A stretch of DNA of 64,000 nt from Thermoplasmata archaeon (GTDB lineage Archaea > Thermoplasmatota > Thermoplasmata > Lutacidiplasmatales > UBA184), in NCBI GenBank assembly GCA_050013595.1, contig JBEKEY010000001.1, forward strand, positions 10,044 to 74,043, in the 5' to 3' direction. The translations under genes and the position numbers were made by a program. The notes under the pieces are model-generated. The model worked only from the letters and a program-made list of their open reading frames with translations, did not search any database and was not told the DNA's origin. Every line of letters starts with the position of its first letter. Within the stretch, counting starts at the first letter, position 1. Shown piece by piece: positions 26,640 through 36,443 of this stretch.

Positions 26640-28124
26640 TCAGGGCGAGGCGAAGTTGACCGAGATCAGCTTCACCTCGGTCATCTCCTGCATCGCGTAG
26701 CGCAATCCTTCCCGGCCGAGACCGCTCTCCTTCACGCCACCGAACGGGAGCGCGTCCCAACGGAGGTTAGTCGGGTCGTTGAGATGGACCCCGCCCGCCC
26801 GGATCCGCTTCGCGAGCGAGAAGCCTCGGGCGAGGTCGCGCGTGTAGACCGCGGCCTGGAGGCCGTACGGCGTCGAGTTCGCTATCCGCACCGCATCGTC
26901 GAGGTCGTGGAACCGAAGCACCGGGGCGATCGGCCCGAACGGTTCCTCACGGGCGACCCGGGCATCCTCGGGAACCTCGTCCATCACCGTCGGTCGGTAG
27001 AAGCTTCCCGGGCCGGCAGGGGGGCGTGCGCCCCCGGTCAGGACCTTCGCCGAGCGGGACCGGGCGTCCTCCACGAGCTCCTCCATGCGGACGACCGCCG
27101 CGGAGTCGATGAGGGGGCCGACCTCGGTCGCTTCCTCGAGCGCGGGGCCTATCCTCAGGGCGCTGGCCTTCGTGGCGAGCGCCCGGGCGAACTTCTCCGC
27201 GACCGAATCTTGGACAAGGATCCTCTTCGACGCAGTGCAGACCTGTCCCGAGTAGCCGAACGCTCCCCGGGTCGCCGCGGACACCGCTACGTCGAGCGCG
27301 GCATCCTCGAGGACGACAAACGGGTCCATGCCTCCCATCTCGAGGATCACGCGTTTCGCATGCCGTCCGGCCTTCTCCGCGATCGCCTTACCGACCTCGG
27401 TCGAGCCGGTGAACGTGACGAGGCGGGTCCTCGGATGTTCGACCAGCGTGTCGCCGACCGTCCGGCCGGGTCCTACGACCACGTTGAGGACGCCCCGGGG
27501 AAGTCCGGCCGCGACGAGGTGCTCGGCCAGTCGGAGGGCGGTGAACGGCGCGGCGCTGGTCGGCTTCGCCACGACCGGATTCCCCGCCGCGAGCGCGGGG
27601 GCGACCTTGTGCGAGAGCAGGTTGAGCGGGAAGTTGAACGGGCCAATGGCGACCACCACGCCGATCGGGTCACGGACCGTGAAGAGGAATCGCTGCTCGT
27701 TGCCCGCGGGCCTCTCGTAGGCGTCCGCCGGGAAGCTTTCGCCTCCCAGGTGACGGATCTCCTCCGCCGCCAGCTCGAACACGCCGGCCGCCCGGTCCGC
27801 CTCGATGCGGGACTCGACGATCGGCTTCCCGACCTCCGACGCAATGAGGCGGGCGATCGTCTCCCGGTCGTCGCGCAAGCGGGCCGCAGCGGCGCGAAGG
27901 ATCTTCGCGCGGGCGTGGCCGGGAGTGGCTCCCCACGATTCTTCCACCGCGGCCGCTGCATCGACCGCGGCCCGAGCCTCGTCGGCCGAGGCGATAGGAG
28001 CCTCGCCGATCGATTTCCCGGTCGAGGGGTCGATGACCGGGGCGTACCTCCCGCCGGCCGGCGGCCTCCACTCTCCGTCGATGAAGAGGGCGCCGCGCCC
28101 ACTCTTCGGTACCCCGGCGAGCAC
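26640..28124 (-). CDS. NAD(P)-dependent aldehyde dehydrogenase (GabD/lactaldehyde dehydrogenase-like)
   Basis: PFNFP, FTGSTEVG, LEMGG, GQVCT, EPFGP, PFGGVKESG. Confidence 0.9.
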   Translation of the reverse strand: MLAGVPKSGRGALFIDGEWRPPAGGRYAPVIDPSTGKSIGEAPIASADEARAAVDAAAAVEESWGATPGHARAKILRAAAARLRDDRETIARLIASEVGKPIVESRIEADRAAGVFELAAEEIRHLGGESFPADAYERPAGNEQRFLFTVRDPIGVVVAIGPFNFPLNLLSHKVAPALAAGNPVVAKPTSAAPFTALRLAEHLVAAGLPRGVLNVVVGPGRTVGDTLVEHPRTRLVTFTGSTEVGKAIAEKAGRHAKRVILEMGGMDPFVVLEDAALDVAVSAATRGAFGYSGQVCTASKRILVQDSVAEKFARALATKASALRIGPALEEATEVGPLIDSAAVVRMEELVEDARSRSAKVLTGGARPPAGPGSFYRPTVMDEVPEDARVAREEPFGPIAPVLRFHDLDDAVRIANSTPYGLQAAVYTRDLARGFSLAKRIRAGGVHLNDPTNLRWDALPFGGVKESGLGREGLRYAMQEMTEVKLISVNFASP

Positions 28125-28132
28125 GGTTCCCT

Positions 28133-29626
28133 CTAGGCCGGGTCGCCGTAGACGGTATAGTGCCAGCTCTTTCGGGCCTGCCCCGTCAGGTCGATGTAGA
28201 TGTTCTTCACGGTGGTGTAGTCGTAGAGCGAGTCGGTCCCCAGGTCCTTGCCGAACCCGGACTGCTTGATCCCGCCGTGCGGCGTCTCGGACCCGAGCGG
28301 GAGGTGGTCGTTGATCCAGACGTCCCCGAAACGGAGCGCGTGGGCCGCCTTGATCGCCGTTCGAAGGTCCTTCGTCCAGACGCTGCCGGCGAGGCCGTAG
28401 GCCACGCCGTTCGCGATCTCGACCGCCTCGTCGAACGTCGTGAATTCGAGGACGTCAAGGACCGGTCCGAAGATCTCCTGTTGGGCGATCGTCATGTCGG
28501 GCGCGACCGAATCGAAGACCGTCGGGACGACGAACGCCCCTTTCGGATGCTTCTTCTTGTCGTCCGTGCCGCCGATCTTGAGCTTCGCGCCCTCGTCCTT
28601 TCCCTTCTCGACGAACTCGAGCACGCGCTTCTGCTGAACGAGACTCACGAGAGGTCCGAGGTCGGTGGTCCGGGAGAGCGGGTCCCCGATCCGGATCGTG
28701 CGAACTCGTTCGAGGAGGTGCTGGACGAACTTGGCGCGAACATCCTGGTGAACGATCAAGCGCGTAGCAGCGGTGCAGTCCTGCCCTCCGTTCACGAAGC
28801 CCGCCACGATCGCGCCTTCCACCGCGGCGGCGATATCGGCGTCCTTGAACACCACGAACGGGGCCTTGCCGCCGAGCTCGAGCTGGACCCGCTTCACGGT
28901 GGCGCTCGCGGCCTCCATGATCTTCCTCCCGGTCGCGGTATCGCCCGTGAGCGAGACCAGGTCGACCTTCGGGTTGCGGGAAAGCTCGTCCCCGACCTCA
29001 CCGCCCGGGCCGGTGACGACGTTGAGGGCTCCGGCCGGGAGTCCCGCATCCTGGAACGCCCGACCGAGCTCGAGCGTTGTGAGGGGGGTATAGCTCGCGG
29101 GCTTGAGGACCACCGTGTTCCCGACGATCAGTGCCGGGGCGATCTTCCAGACCGCCATCATGAACGGGTAGTTCCACGGCGTGATGGACGCGACGACACC
29201 CACCGGTTCCCGGCGGAAGATCGTGGTTCCGTCGCCCGTGAACTCGCCCGGGCTCTTCGCCTCGAGCGTGCGTCCGGCCCCGGCGTAGAAGACCAGGTTG
29301 TCGATCGAGAACGGGAGGTCGGCGTCCGCGGCCTGCTTGATCGTCTTTCCCTGGTTGCGGCTCTCGAGCTCGGCGATCTCTCCCAAGCGCTGCTGGAGGA
29401 GGGTGGCCGCCTTCAGGAAGACTTCCGATCGCGCGCGGGGAGGCAATCGGGGCCAAGGACCCTTATCGAACGCCTCCCGGGCGGCATCGATCGCTCGCCG
29501 GACGTCCTCGCGGGCCCCGAGCGGGACGGTGCCGAGCGACGAGCGGTCGAACGGGCTCGTGACCGCGGCCGTCGCTCCGCTCGACGCCTCGACCCACTCT
29601 CCACCGATCAACATCGTTCGGTCCAT
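28133..29626 (-). CDS. Aminoaldehyde dehydrogenase (gamma-aminobutyraldehyde dehydrogenase-like)
   Basis: TPWNYPFMMAVWK, LTGDTATG, LELGGKAP, GQDCTAATR, PHGGIKQSGFGKD. Confidence 0.85.
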   Translation of the reverse strand: MDRTMLIGGEWVEASSGATAAVTSPFDRSSLGTVPLGAREDVRRAIDAAREAFDKGPWPRLPPRARSEVFLKAATLLQQRLGEIAELESRNQGKTIKQAADADLPFSIDNLVFYAGAGRTLEAKSPGEFTGDGTTIFRREPVGVVASITPWNYPFMMAVWKIAPALIVGNTVVLKPASYTPLTTLELGRAFQDAGLPAGALNVVTGPGGEVGDELSRNPKVDLVSLTGDTATGRKIMEAASATVKRVQLELGGKAPFVVFKDADIAAAVEGAIVAGFVNGGQDCTAATRLIVHQDVRAKFVQHLLERVRTIRIGDPLSRTTDLGPLVSLVQQKRVLEFVEKGKDEGAKLKIGGTDDKKKHPKGAFVVPTVFDSVAPDMTIAQQEIFGPVLDVLEFTTFDEAVEIANGVAYGLAGSVWTKDLRTAIKAAHALRFGDVWINDHLPLGSETPHGGIKQSGFGKDLGTDSLYDYTTVKNIYIDLTGQARKSWHYTVYGDPA

Positions 29627-29766
29627 GGTCTTGACCCGCGGGGCGGAGTCCGGCCCTGATAAAGAGGGTGCGGGCGGGGGCCCGCTCGGGCCGGTTTCGA
29701 CCCCCCATGGCATACCTTATCAAGGGGGGAGCGGGTTCGGCGCCCGGTCGTTCTGAGGTCTCCTCC

Positions 29767-31671
29767 ATGAAACCGCGCACTCGGAACATAATGGTGATCG
29801 CCATCGTCGTAGTGATCGTGGCGGCCGGCATCGGAGCGTACTTCGCGCTTCGTAACACGTCGACGTCCAGCTGCGGGTCGAGCCAGACCGCGAACATCTG
29901 TATCGACCAGGCCGAGATCCCCGATTCCCTCGACCCGGCCGTGACGTTCTCGACGCCCGGATGGGCCGCGGTGCAGCAGGTCTACCAGGGGCTCGTGAAC
30001 TACAACGGTTCGAGCGTGACGAGCTTCTCAGGGGTGCTCGCCTCCAACTGGGTCGTCTCGAACAACCCGGACACGAACTTCTCGACCTATACCTTCCAAC
30101 TCCACCAGGGGGTCACCTTCTCGAACGGCGACCCGTACAACGCGTACGTCCAATGGTACAGCCTGTACCGGAGTCTCCTCCTCGTCCAGGGGCCCCAGTT
30201 CATCCTGGAGCAGAACTTCTACTCCACCAACTTCGACCCCTCGAACCCGCTCAACTACTACTCGCCGGCCGCGAACGCTACCGCCGCCAACACGACGCTC
30301 GTCAACGACCTCAACACGTGGAACTTCGCTACCCCGACCTCGACGCAACTCGCCCTGATGGAGCTTCCCGACCAGTCGTTCCAGGTGATCAATCAGTACT
30401 CGATCGCTCTGAACCTTGGATTCGGCTACCTGGCAAGCAACTACACGTACCTGCTCGCGTCCATCTCCGCTCCGAACTCCTACGCGGTCGACCCGATCTG
30501 GGTCGACGCGAACGGCGGAGTCTCGTTCGGGAACGTCAACGATTACCTCGCGTCGAACACGCTTGGCACCGGGCCGTACACGCTCGCGGGCTACAACGGG
30601 GTCGGCGGCGGCGGCTACACTCTGAAACCTGCCTCGAACTACTGGGGAGCGGCCGCTTTCGCTACCGAACCCTGGAACAACAACCTGCAGCCCGCGAACA
30701 CGTCGATCGAGGTCATCTTCCAGGATACGATCGACGTCACGACCAACGACCTGCTGCAGGGAAAAGTGGCGAGCGCCTCGTTCGCGTACATCGGCCCTTC
30801 CACGATCCAGCAGCTCGAGGGCCACTCGAGCCTCGTCGTTCAGCCCCTCCCGACCATCTACGGTGCGACGAGCGGCTCCTGGTGGATCTTCCTGAACTCG
30901 GCCGTGTACCCGTTCAACAACCTCTCGGTCCGTGAGGCGATCTCGCACGCGATCAACTACAATCAGATCATCCAGGAAGCGTTCGGCGGCTACGCGACCC
31001 AGTGGGTCGGTCCGGTGCCCCCCGCGTATCCGTACAACAACAACCTGACCGCGAACGAGCCGTACTACAACTACGACCCCACGCTGGCCCAGCAGGAGAT
31101 CCAACAATCGCCGTGCAAGAACGCCGCGTGCAAGGGTACTACGATCAATTACATGTACCTCAACTCGGGCGCCGATTGGGAGGATACCGCGTCACTGTTG
31201 CAATCTCAGCTCGCAGCGATCAACATCACGATCAACCCGGTCGGAGTGAGCCTCAACCAGCTCTACGAGGAACAGGGCCTCGATAATGGGGTCTGCGTTT
31301 CCACGACGAACGCGAACGGTGGACCGTTCTCCATGGGCCAGGAGTTCTACACGTCCGACTACATCTCACCCGACGACTGGACGCAGAACGACGCCTACAG
31401 TGGCGGCAGCGCGAACGCCTGCATGGCCGGCTACACCAACGCCACCGTCGACAACGATACGTACCTCGCCGCGAGCGACTCGAATCCGGCGGACCTGACG
31501 GCCTACTACACGCAGATGACGCAGCTCATGTACGACAACTACACCGACATCTGGCTGGTCGTCCCGACATCGTTCGCGGTGACGGCCACGGACCTCCACG
31601 GGATCGTCTCGAACCCGATGGGCAGCGCCGAGCCGTTCGTGATCGGGCTCCAGACACAGTATCTGAGCTAG
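29767..31671 (+). CDS. oppA: Oligopeptide/dipeptide-type ABC substrate-binding protein (family 5)
   Basis: SLDPA, VTFSNGDPYNA, GTGPY, VREAISHAIN; N-terminal TM anchor; many N-glycosylation sequons. Confidence 0.88.
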   Translation: MKPRTRNIMVIAIVVVIVAAGIGAYFALRNTSTSSCGSSQTANICIDQAEIPDSLDPAVTFSTPGWAAVQQVYQGLVNYNGSSVTSFSGVLASNWVVSNNPDTNFSTYTFQLHQGVTFSNGDPYNAYVQWYSLYRSLLLVQGPQFILEQNFYSTNFDPSNPLNYYSPAANATAANTTLVNDLNTWNFATPTSTQLALMELPDQSFQVINQYSIALNLGFGYLASNYTYLLASISAPNSYAVDPIWVDANGGVSFGNVNDYLASNTLGTGPYTLAGYNGVGGGGYTLKPASNYWGAAAFATEPWNNNLQPANTSIEVIFQDTIDVTTNDLLQGKVASASFAYIGPSTIQQLEGHSSLVVQPLPTIYGATSGSWWIFLNSAVYPFNNLSVREAISHAINYNQIIQEAFGGYATQWVGPVPPAYPYNNNLTANEPYYNYDPTLAQQEIQQSPCKNAACKGTTINYMYLNSGADWEDTASLLQSQLAAINITINPVGVSLNQLYEEQGLDNGVCVSTTNANGGPFSMGQEFYTSDYISPDDWTQNDAYSGGSANACMAGYTNATVDNDTYLAASDSNPADLTAYYTQMTQLMYDNYTDIWLVVPTSFAVTATDLHGIVSNPMGSAEPFVIGLQTQYLS

Positions 31672-31677
31672 GCCATC

Positions 31678-33114
31678 CTAAGCCGCGGATGTGGGGGGGA
31701 CCGCCGGCGCCTCACCGGGCGACGGGGTATCGCTCGCGAGCAGCGACTCGGGTCGGATATCGGCCACCTCGTCCGCGCGGTGGCACGCGACCAGCCGGTC
31801 CGTCCCCGCCATCGGTAGGAGGGGAGGGTCCTCCACCTTGCAGCGATCGATCACGAACGGGCACCGCGGAGCGAATCGGCAGCCGGGCGGCAGGTCGACG
31901 AGCGACGGGATGTCGCCCCCGATCCGATAACGGGTGTGGCGGCGGCTCGGGTCGGGGACGGGGACGGCGGCGAGCAGCGCCTTCGTGTACGGATGGACGG
32001 GGCGCTCGAGCAGCTCCCGGACCGGCCCGTGCTCCACGATCCGTCCGAGGTACATCACCGCGACCCGGTCGGCGACGAAACGGACGGCCGCGACGTTGTG
32101 GGTAATTAGCACATAGGCGAGCCCGCGGGAGCGCTGAAGTTCCACGAGGCGGTTCAGGATCTGGGCCTGGACAGCCACGTCGAGCGCGCTCGTCGGTTCG
32201 TCGAGCACGATCAGACGTGGGCTCACCGAGAGGGCCCGGGCGAGCGAGAGCCGCTGGCGCCCTCCGCCGGAGAACTCGTGCGGGTACTGGTCGAGACAAT
32301 CGACCGGGAGCCCCACGGTGGGGAGCACCTCCTGGACCTTCTTGCGGACCGCCTCGCGATGGAGAACGGGCGGCTTCGGTCGTTTCGGAACCACGGGCGC
32401 CGGTCCGATGCCCCGCTTCATCGCCGCCCGGTATTCGGTCTGCAGGCGGTCTCGTTCCGGAGCTAGAGGGGCAGCGAGCTGATCGGCCCGTTGAAGCGCA
32501 GCTTGGTAATCATTCTCCAAGCGACGCTGCTCTTCGGGCGGGAGCTTCTCCCGTGCATCCGCTTGAGCACGGTACTCCCGGCGAAGCCGGGCGCGGTCCG
32601 CGGCCTTCGGGTTCATCGCGGCGCGGAATTCCCGGGTCAGGCGCTCGCGTTCCTGGCGGAGCGCGAGCCGGTGCGCACGACGGGCCAATCTCGGTCCGTT
32701 GACCGCGAGCCAGCGGTCCGCCATGTTCTGAGCGCGGATCGGCTCACCGACGATCTGCCAGACGCGCAGGCGGGGGTCGAGCGACCCGACCGGGTCCTGG
32801 AAGACGATCTGCACGTTGCGACGCCACGTCCTCAGCGAGGTACTCCGGAGATGGGTCACGTCGACGCCGTCGAAGACGATCGATCCCGAGGTGGGCTCGT
32901 GGAGCCGGGCGAGCATCCAGCCGAGGGTCGTCTTGCCCGATCCCGACTCGCCGATCAGGCCGAGCGTTTCCCCGGGCCCGACCGTGAGCGAGACCCCGTC
33001 GACGGCATGGATGACCTTCGCCGGCCGTCGCGACAGCTGGTCGGCGAGGCTGCGAGTGATCGGGAAGTGCTTCTGCAGGTCGACCATCTCGAGGAGGGGG
33101 TGGCTATCGGTCAC
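31678..33114 (-). CDS. oppF: Oligopeptide ABC ATP-binding protein with a ~120-aa helical insertion
   Basis: GESGSGKTT, FQDP, YPHEFSGGGRQR, DEPTSALD, HPYT, GCRFAPRC. Confidence 0.9.
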   Translation of the reverse strand: MTDSHPLLEMVDLQKHFPITRSLADQLSRRPAKVIHAVDGVSLTVGPGETLGLIGESGSGKTTLGWMLARLHEPTSGSIVFDGVDVTHLRSTSLRTWRRNVQIVFQDPVGSLDPRLRVWQIVGEPIRAQNMADRWLAVNGPRLARRAHRLALRQERERLTREFRAAMNPKAADRARLRREYRAQADAREKLPPEEQRRLENDYQAALQRADQLAAPLAPERDRLQTEYRAAMKRGIGPAPVVPKRPKPPVLHREAVRKKVQEVLPTVGLPVDCLDQYPHEFSGGGRQRLSLARALSVSPRLIVLDEPTSALDVAVQAQILNRLVELQRSRGLAYVLITHNVAAVRFVADRVAVMYLGRIVEHGPVRELLERPVHPYTKALLAAVPVPDPSRRHTRYRIGGDIPSLVDLPPGCRFAPRCPFVIDRCKVEDPPLLPMAGTDRLVACHRADEVADIRPESLLASDTPSPGEAPAVPPTSAA

Positions 33115-34268
33115 GGGAGTCCGGGCACCTCCTCCGCAAAGTAGCACGCGCTCCGGTGCAGGCCCGGCGCCTCCGGGTCCGCGCTCTTGTCCACGGGGGC
33201 GAGGGGTGGGTGTTCTCCCCGGCACACGTCCCGCACGAGTGGGCAGCGCGGATGGAATCGGCAGCCCGGCGGCGGCCGCGAGAGGTTGGGGACCGAGCCG
33301 GCGATGGAGTCGAGCGGTCCCTCCGACTTGTATCGGGACGGCGCGGCCTTGAGCAGGGCCTTCGTGTAGGGATGGCGGGGCGAGCGGAACACGTCCGCCA
33401 CCGGCCCGTACTCGACGATCCGGCCCGCGTACATGACGCCGATCTCGTCGGCGGTCTCGGCGATCACGCCAAGGTCGTGGCTAATGAACAGGATCGCGGC
33501 ATCGACCTCCTCGATCAGCTCCTTCATCAGGGTGAGGACCTGGGCCTGGATCGTGACGTCGAGCGCGCTCGTCGGTTCGTCGGCGATCAGGAGCGACGGC
33601 TTCTCCGAGAGCGCCATCGCGATCATGATCCGCTGGCGCATCCCCCCCGACAACTCGTGCGGGTAGAGATTGAGAATCGTCTCCGGGTCGTTGATGCGCA
33701 CGAGGCGCAGGTACTCGAGCACTTCGTCCCGGAACTCGGAGCGCGTGCGCAGGCGGTCCCGGGCGGCCTCTTCGACCGCCCCGTCGGGGATGATCGATTT
33801 CGTGAGCGACCCGCCGACCGTGATGGGAGCGGCCGGCTTCGAGTAGTCGAACGGTGCCTCCCCGCCCTGGAACGACCTCACCCAACCCATTTCCCGGTAG
33901 TGGCGGATCCGGATCGACTCCGCGATCTGGTCGAAGACCCGGTAGGCCGGGTTGAGCGAGTTGAGAGGCTCCTGGAAGATCATCCCGATCCCGGTTCCTC
34001 GCACCATCGGTAGTTGCCGCTTCGGCACCTTCACGAGGTCGGTCCCCCGGAAGATGATCTCTCCACCGCCGATCGTCGCAGGGGGCTCCGGTAACAGCCG
34101 AGGGATCGCTTGGGCGAGGGTGCTCTTTCCGCAACCGGTCTCCCCGACGATGCCCACGACCTGACGGGGGAAGATCTTGACCGACACGTCCGAGACCGCA
34201 TAGAACGTCCCGGCACCGACCGTGTACGTGATCGTCAGGTTCCGGACGTCAATGACCGGATCGGTCAC
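33111..34268 (-). CDS. oppD: Oligopeptide ABC ATP-binding protein
   Basis: GETGCGKST, FQEP, YPHELSGGMRQR, ADEPTSALDVT, GCRFHPRC. Confidence 0.92.
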   Translation of the reverse strand: MTDPVIDVRNLTITYTVGAGTFYAVSDVSVKIFPRQVVGIVGETGCGKSTLAQAIPRLLPEPPATIGGGEIIFRGTDLVKVPKRQLPMVRGTGIGMIFQEPLNSLNPAYRVFDQIAESIRIRHYREMGWVRSFQGGEAPFDYSKPAAPITVGGSLTKSIIPDGAVEEAARDRLRTRSEFRDEVLEYLRLVRINDPETILNLYPHELSGGMRQRIMIAMALSEKPSLLIADEPTSALDVTIQAQVLTLMKELIEEVDAAILFISHDLGVIAETADEIGVMYAGRIVEYGPVADVFRSPRHPYTKALLKAAPSRYKSEGPLDSIAGSVPNLSRPPPGCRFHPRCPLVRDVCRGEHPPLAPVDKSADPEAPGLHRSACYFAEEVPGLP

Positions 34269-35323
34269 GTACGCACCCCCGTGTCGATGACGTTGACCGG
34301 CGCCACGGGGTTGGAATCGGTGACGGCGGTGGCGGCGACCGCCATGGGCGCCGGCGTTTCCGGGGGCGGGTCGTGGGCGATCGTGCTCCGGACGAACGCG
34401 CGGCGCGTGCGGGGGTCCAGGATGTCGCGGAGGCCGTCCCCGAGCAGGCTGAACGCGAGGACCGTGATGAAGATCGCCGCGCCGGGAGCGATGACGAGCC
34501 ACGGGTAGACGTTCGCCGAGCCGGTCTGCTGGTAGAACGCCAGCATCGCGCCCCACTCCGGGTTAGGACCGGGGTACTTGCTCGCGACGCCGATGAACCC
34601 GATCGTGGAGTACGTCACGAGGACGGTCCCGATATCGAGCGTGAAGTAGACGATGGTCGGCTCGAGCACGTTGCGCAGCACGTGACGCAAGAGGATCCGG
34701 TTCTCGGTGACGCCCGCGGCCCGGGCCGCGTTCACGTACGGAAGGTGCTTCACCGCGAGGACCTCCCCGCGGACCAAGCGGACGTAGAACGGCCACCACG
34801 TGATGGTGATCGCGAGCACGGTCGGACCAACGCCGAGGCCGAGGACTCGGGTCAGCGCGAGGGCGAGGATGAGGCTCGGGAAGGAGAGGAAGATGTCCGT
34901 CACCCGCATGATCGAGATCGAGACCGCGCCGCCGATCGTGCCCGGGGTGTTGTAGAACCCCGCGAGAAGACCGAGCGCACCTCCGATGATCAGGGCGCTG
35001 CCCGCAATCGCGAACCCGATCCCGAGGTCGAGCGGGAGCGCCAGCATCACGTTCGAGTAAATGTCCCGCCCCAGGTTGTCCGTTCCGAACGGATGATGCC
35101 ACGTCGGCGACGAGTTCCGGGCCACCGTCTGTTGGAGCGGTCCGTACGGGATGATCAGGCCGGGCGCGACCACGACGACGAGCGCCGTGATGCCGAGGAC
35201 CGCCACCATGAGGAAGCCCAAGAAGGAGAGCGGGTTCGCGCGGAGGACCCGCCAGACCACACTCAGGGACCCTTCCTTCCGGATCACCTTCACGACCGGC
35301 GCCGCCACGACGTTTACCTCCAA
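34265..35323 (-). CDS. oppC: Oligopeptide ABC permease
   Basis: HPFGTDNLGRD, MRVTDIFLSFP, RHVLRN, PEWGAM, GDGLRDILDPR. Confidence 0.92.
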   Translation of the reverse strand: MEVNVVAAPVVKVIRKEGSLSVVWRVLRANPLSFLGFLMVAVLGITALVVVVAPGLIIPYGPLQQTVARNSSPTWHHPFGTDNLGRDIYSNVMLALPLDLGIGFAIAGSALIIGGALGLLAGFYNTPGTIGGAVSISIMRVTDIFLSFPSLILALALTRVLGLGVGPTVLAITITWWPFYVRLVRGEVLAVKHLPYVNAARAAGVTENRILLRHVLRNVLEPTIVYFTLDIGTVLVTYSTIGFIGVASKYPGPNPEWGAMLAFYQQTGSANVYPWLVIAPGAAIFITVLAFSLLGDGLRDILDPRTRRAFVRSTIAHDPPPETPAPMAVAATAVTDSNPVAPVNVIDTGVRT

Positions 35324-36339
35324 TCCACGCGGGGGTCGAGGAGGCCGTAGAGGATGTCCGCCGCGAGGTTCGCGACGACGACCGCGATCGCGAAGATGAT
35401 CACGACCGCGACCGCCCCGTCAAAGTTCGGGGTCGAGCTGTTGCCGCCGATCGCGGTGAACGCATACTGCCCGATCCCGGGCCAGTCGAACACCTCCTCG
35501 ATGACGACCGTTCCTGCGAGGAGCCCTCCCGCGGTGATGCCGAGCACGGTCGTGGTCGTGATGAGCGCGTTTCGCAGGGCGTGCTTGTACATCACCCAGA
35601 ATTCGGAGAGCCCCTTCATGCGGGCCGATTTCACGTAGTCGAGCGGGAGCACCTCGAGCATCGACGCGCGCGTCATGCGCGTCGCGATGCCCATGTTGAT
35701 GAACGCGAGGACCGTCGCGGGCAGGATCAGGTGCTGGATTGCATCGACCGTGTACGGAAGGTTGAGCGCGATCATCGCGTCCAGCACCGACATGTGCGTG
35801 TACTGGGTGAACGGTGGGATGGTCGTCGAGTACTCCCCGCCGGTCGGAAGGCCCACGGCCGGGCCGACGAACACCGCGGCGATGACCGCGCCGAGGTAGG
35901 TGGGGGTCGCCCATCCGCTGAGATAGAAGATCCGGACGAGGTGGTCACCCAGGCGGCCGCTGTACTGCGCCGCGATGACGCCCATCGGGATCCCGATGAC
36001 GATCATCAGGAACAGCGACGCGAGGACGAGCTCGACCGTGGCGGGAAGGTCGGCGGAAATCGCCGGGTAGACCTGGACCCCGCTCACCGAGGCCCCCCAA
36101 TTGCCCTGGAGAAGGCCCGTGAAGTATTGCCAGAACTGGTTGAGGAGCGGCGCCCCGTACTTCGCGTTGCAATTGGCGAGCGTCTGGGCGCCCGCGTGGG
36201 GATACCACTCGTTGCAAAGCCCGGTCAGTTTGAGATGCGTGACAATGAAGGTGAGGATGATGACACCGAGCAGGACGGGAATGAGCTGGACGAGCCGTTT
36301 CGCGACGAAGACCAAGAGGTCGCTCAGACTGCGGCCCAT
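35314..36339 (-). CDS. oppB: Oligopeptide ABC permease
   Basis: PATVEL, HLILPA, DYVKSARMKGL, HALRNAL, EEVFDWPGIG, ADILYGLLDPR; GGAGGTG upstream of the ATG. Confidence 0.92.
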   Translation of the reverse strand: MGRSLSDLLVFVAKRLVQLIPVLLGVIILTFIVTHLKLTGLCNEWYPHAGAQTLANCNAKYGAPLLNQFWQYFTGLLQGNWGASVSGVQVYPAISADLPATVELVLASLFLMIVIGIPMGVIAAQYSGRLGDHLVRIFYLSGWATPTYLGAVIAAVFVGPAVGLPTGGEYSTTIPPFTQYTHMSVLDAMIALNLPYTVDAIQHLILPATVLAFINMGIATRMTRASMLEVLPLDYVKSARMKGLSEFWVMYKHALRNALITTTTVLGITAGGLLAGTVVIEEVFDWPGIGQYAFTAIGGNSSTPNFDGAVAVVIIFAIAVVVANLAADILYGLLDPRVDWR

Positions 36340-36443
36340 TCCCACCTCCTTCGTTGCGGCCGGGCACCGGGCCGGTCCGGCCGACCGCCGCCCATCGACT
36401 TCCCCGTATTAATCCGACCGTTACGGACCCGGGGTGCGACGGA

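Noticed and set aside
32360..32727. Intein in OppF
   Set aside because: No C/S/A start with HN-C/S/T end and no LAGLIDADG motif; it is a helical repeat insertion
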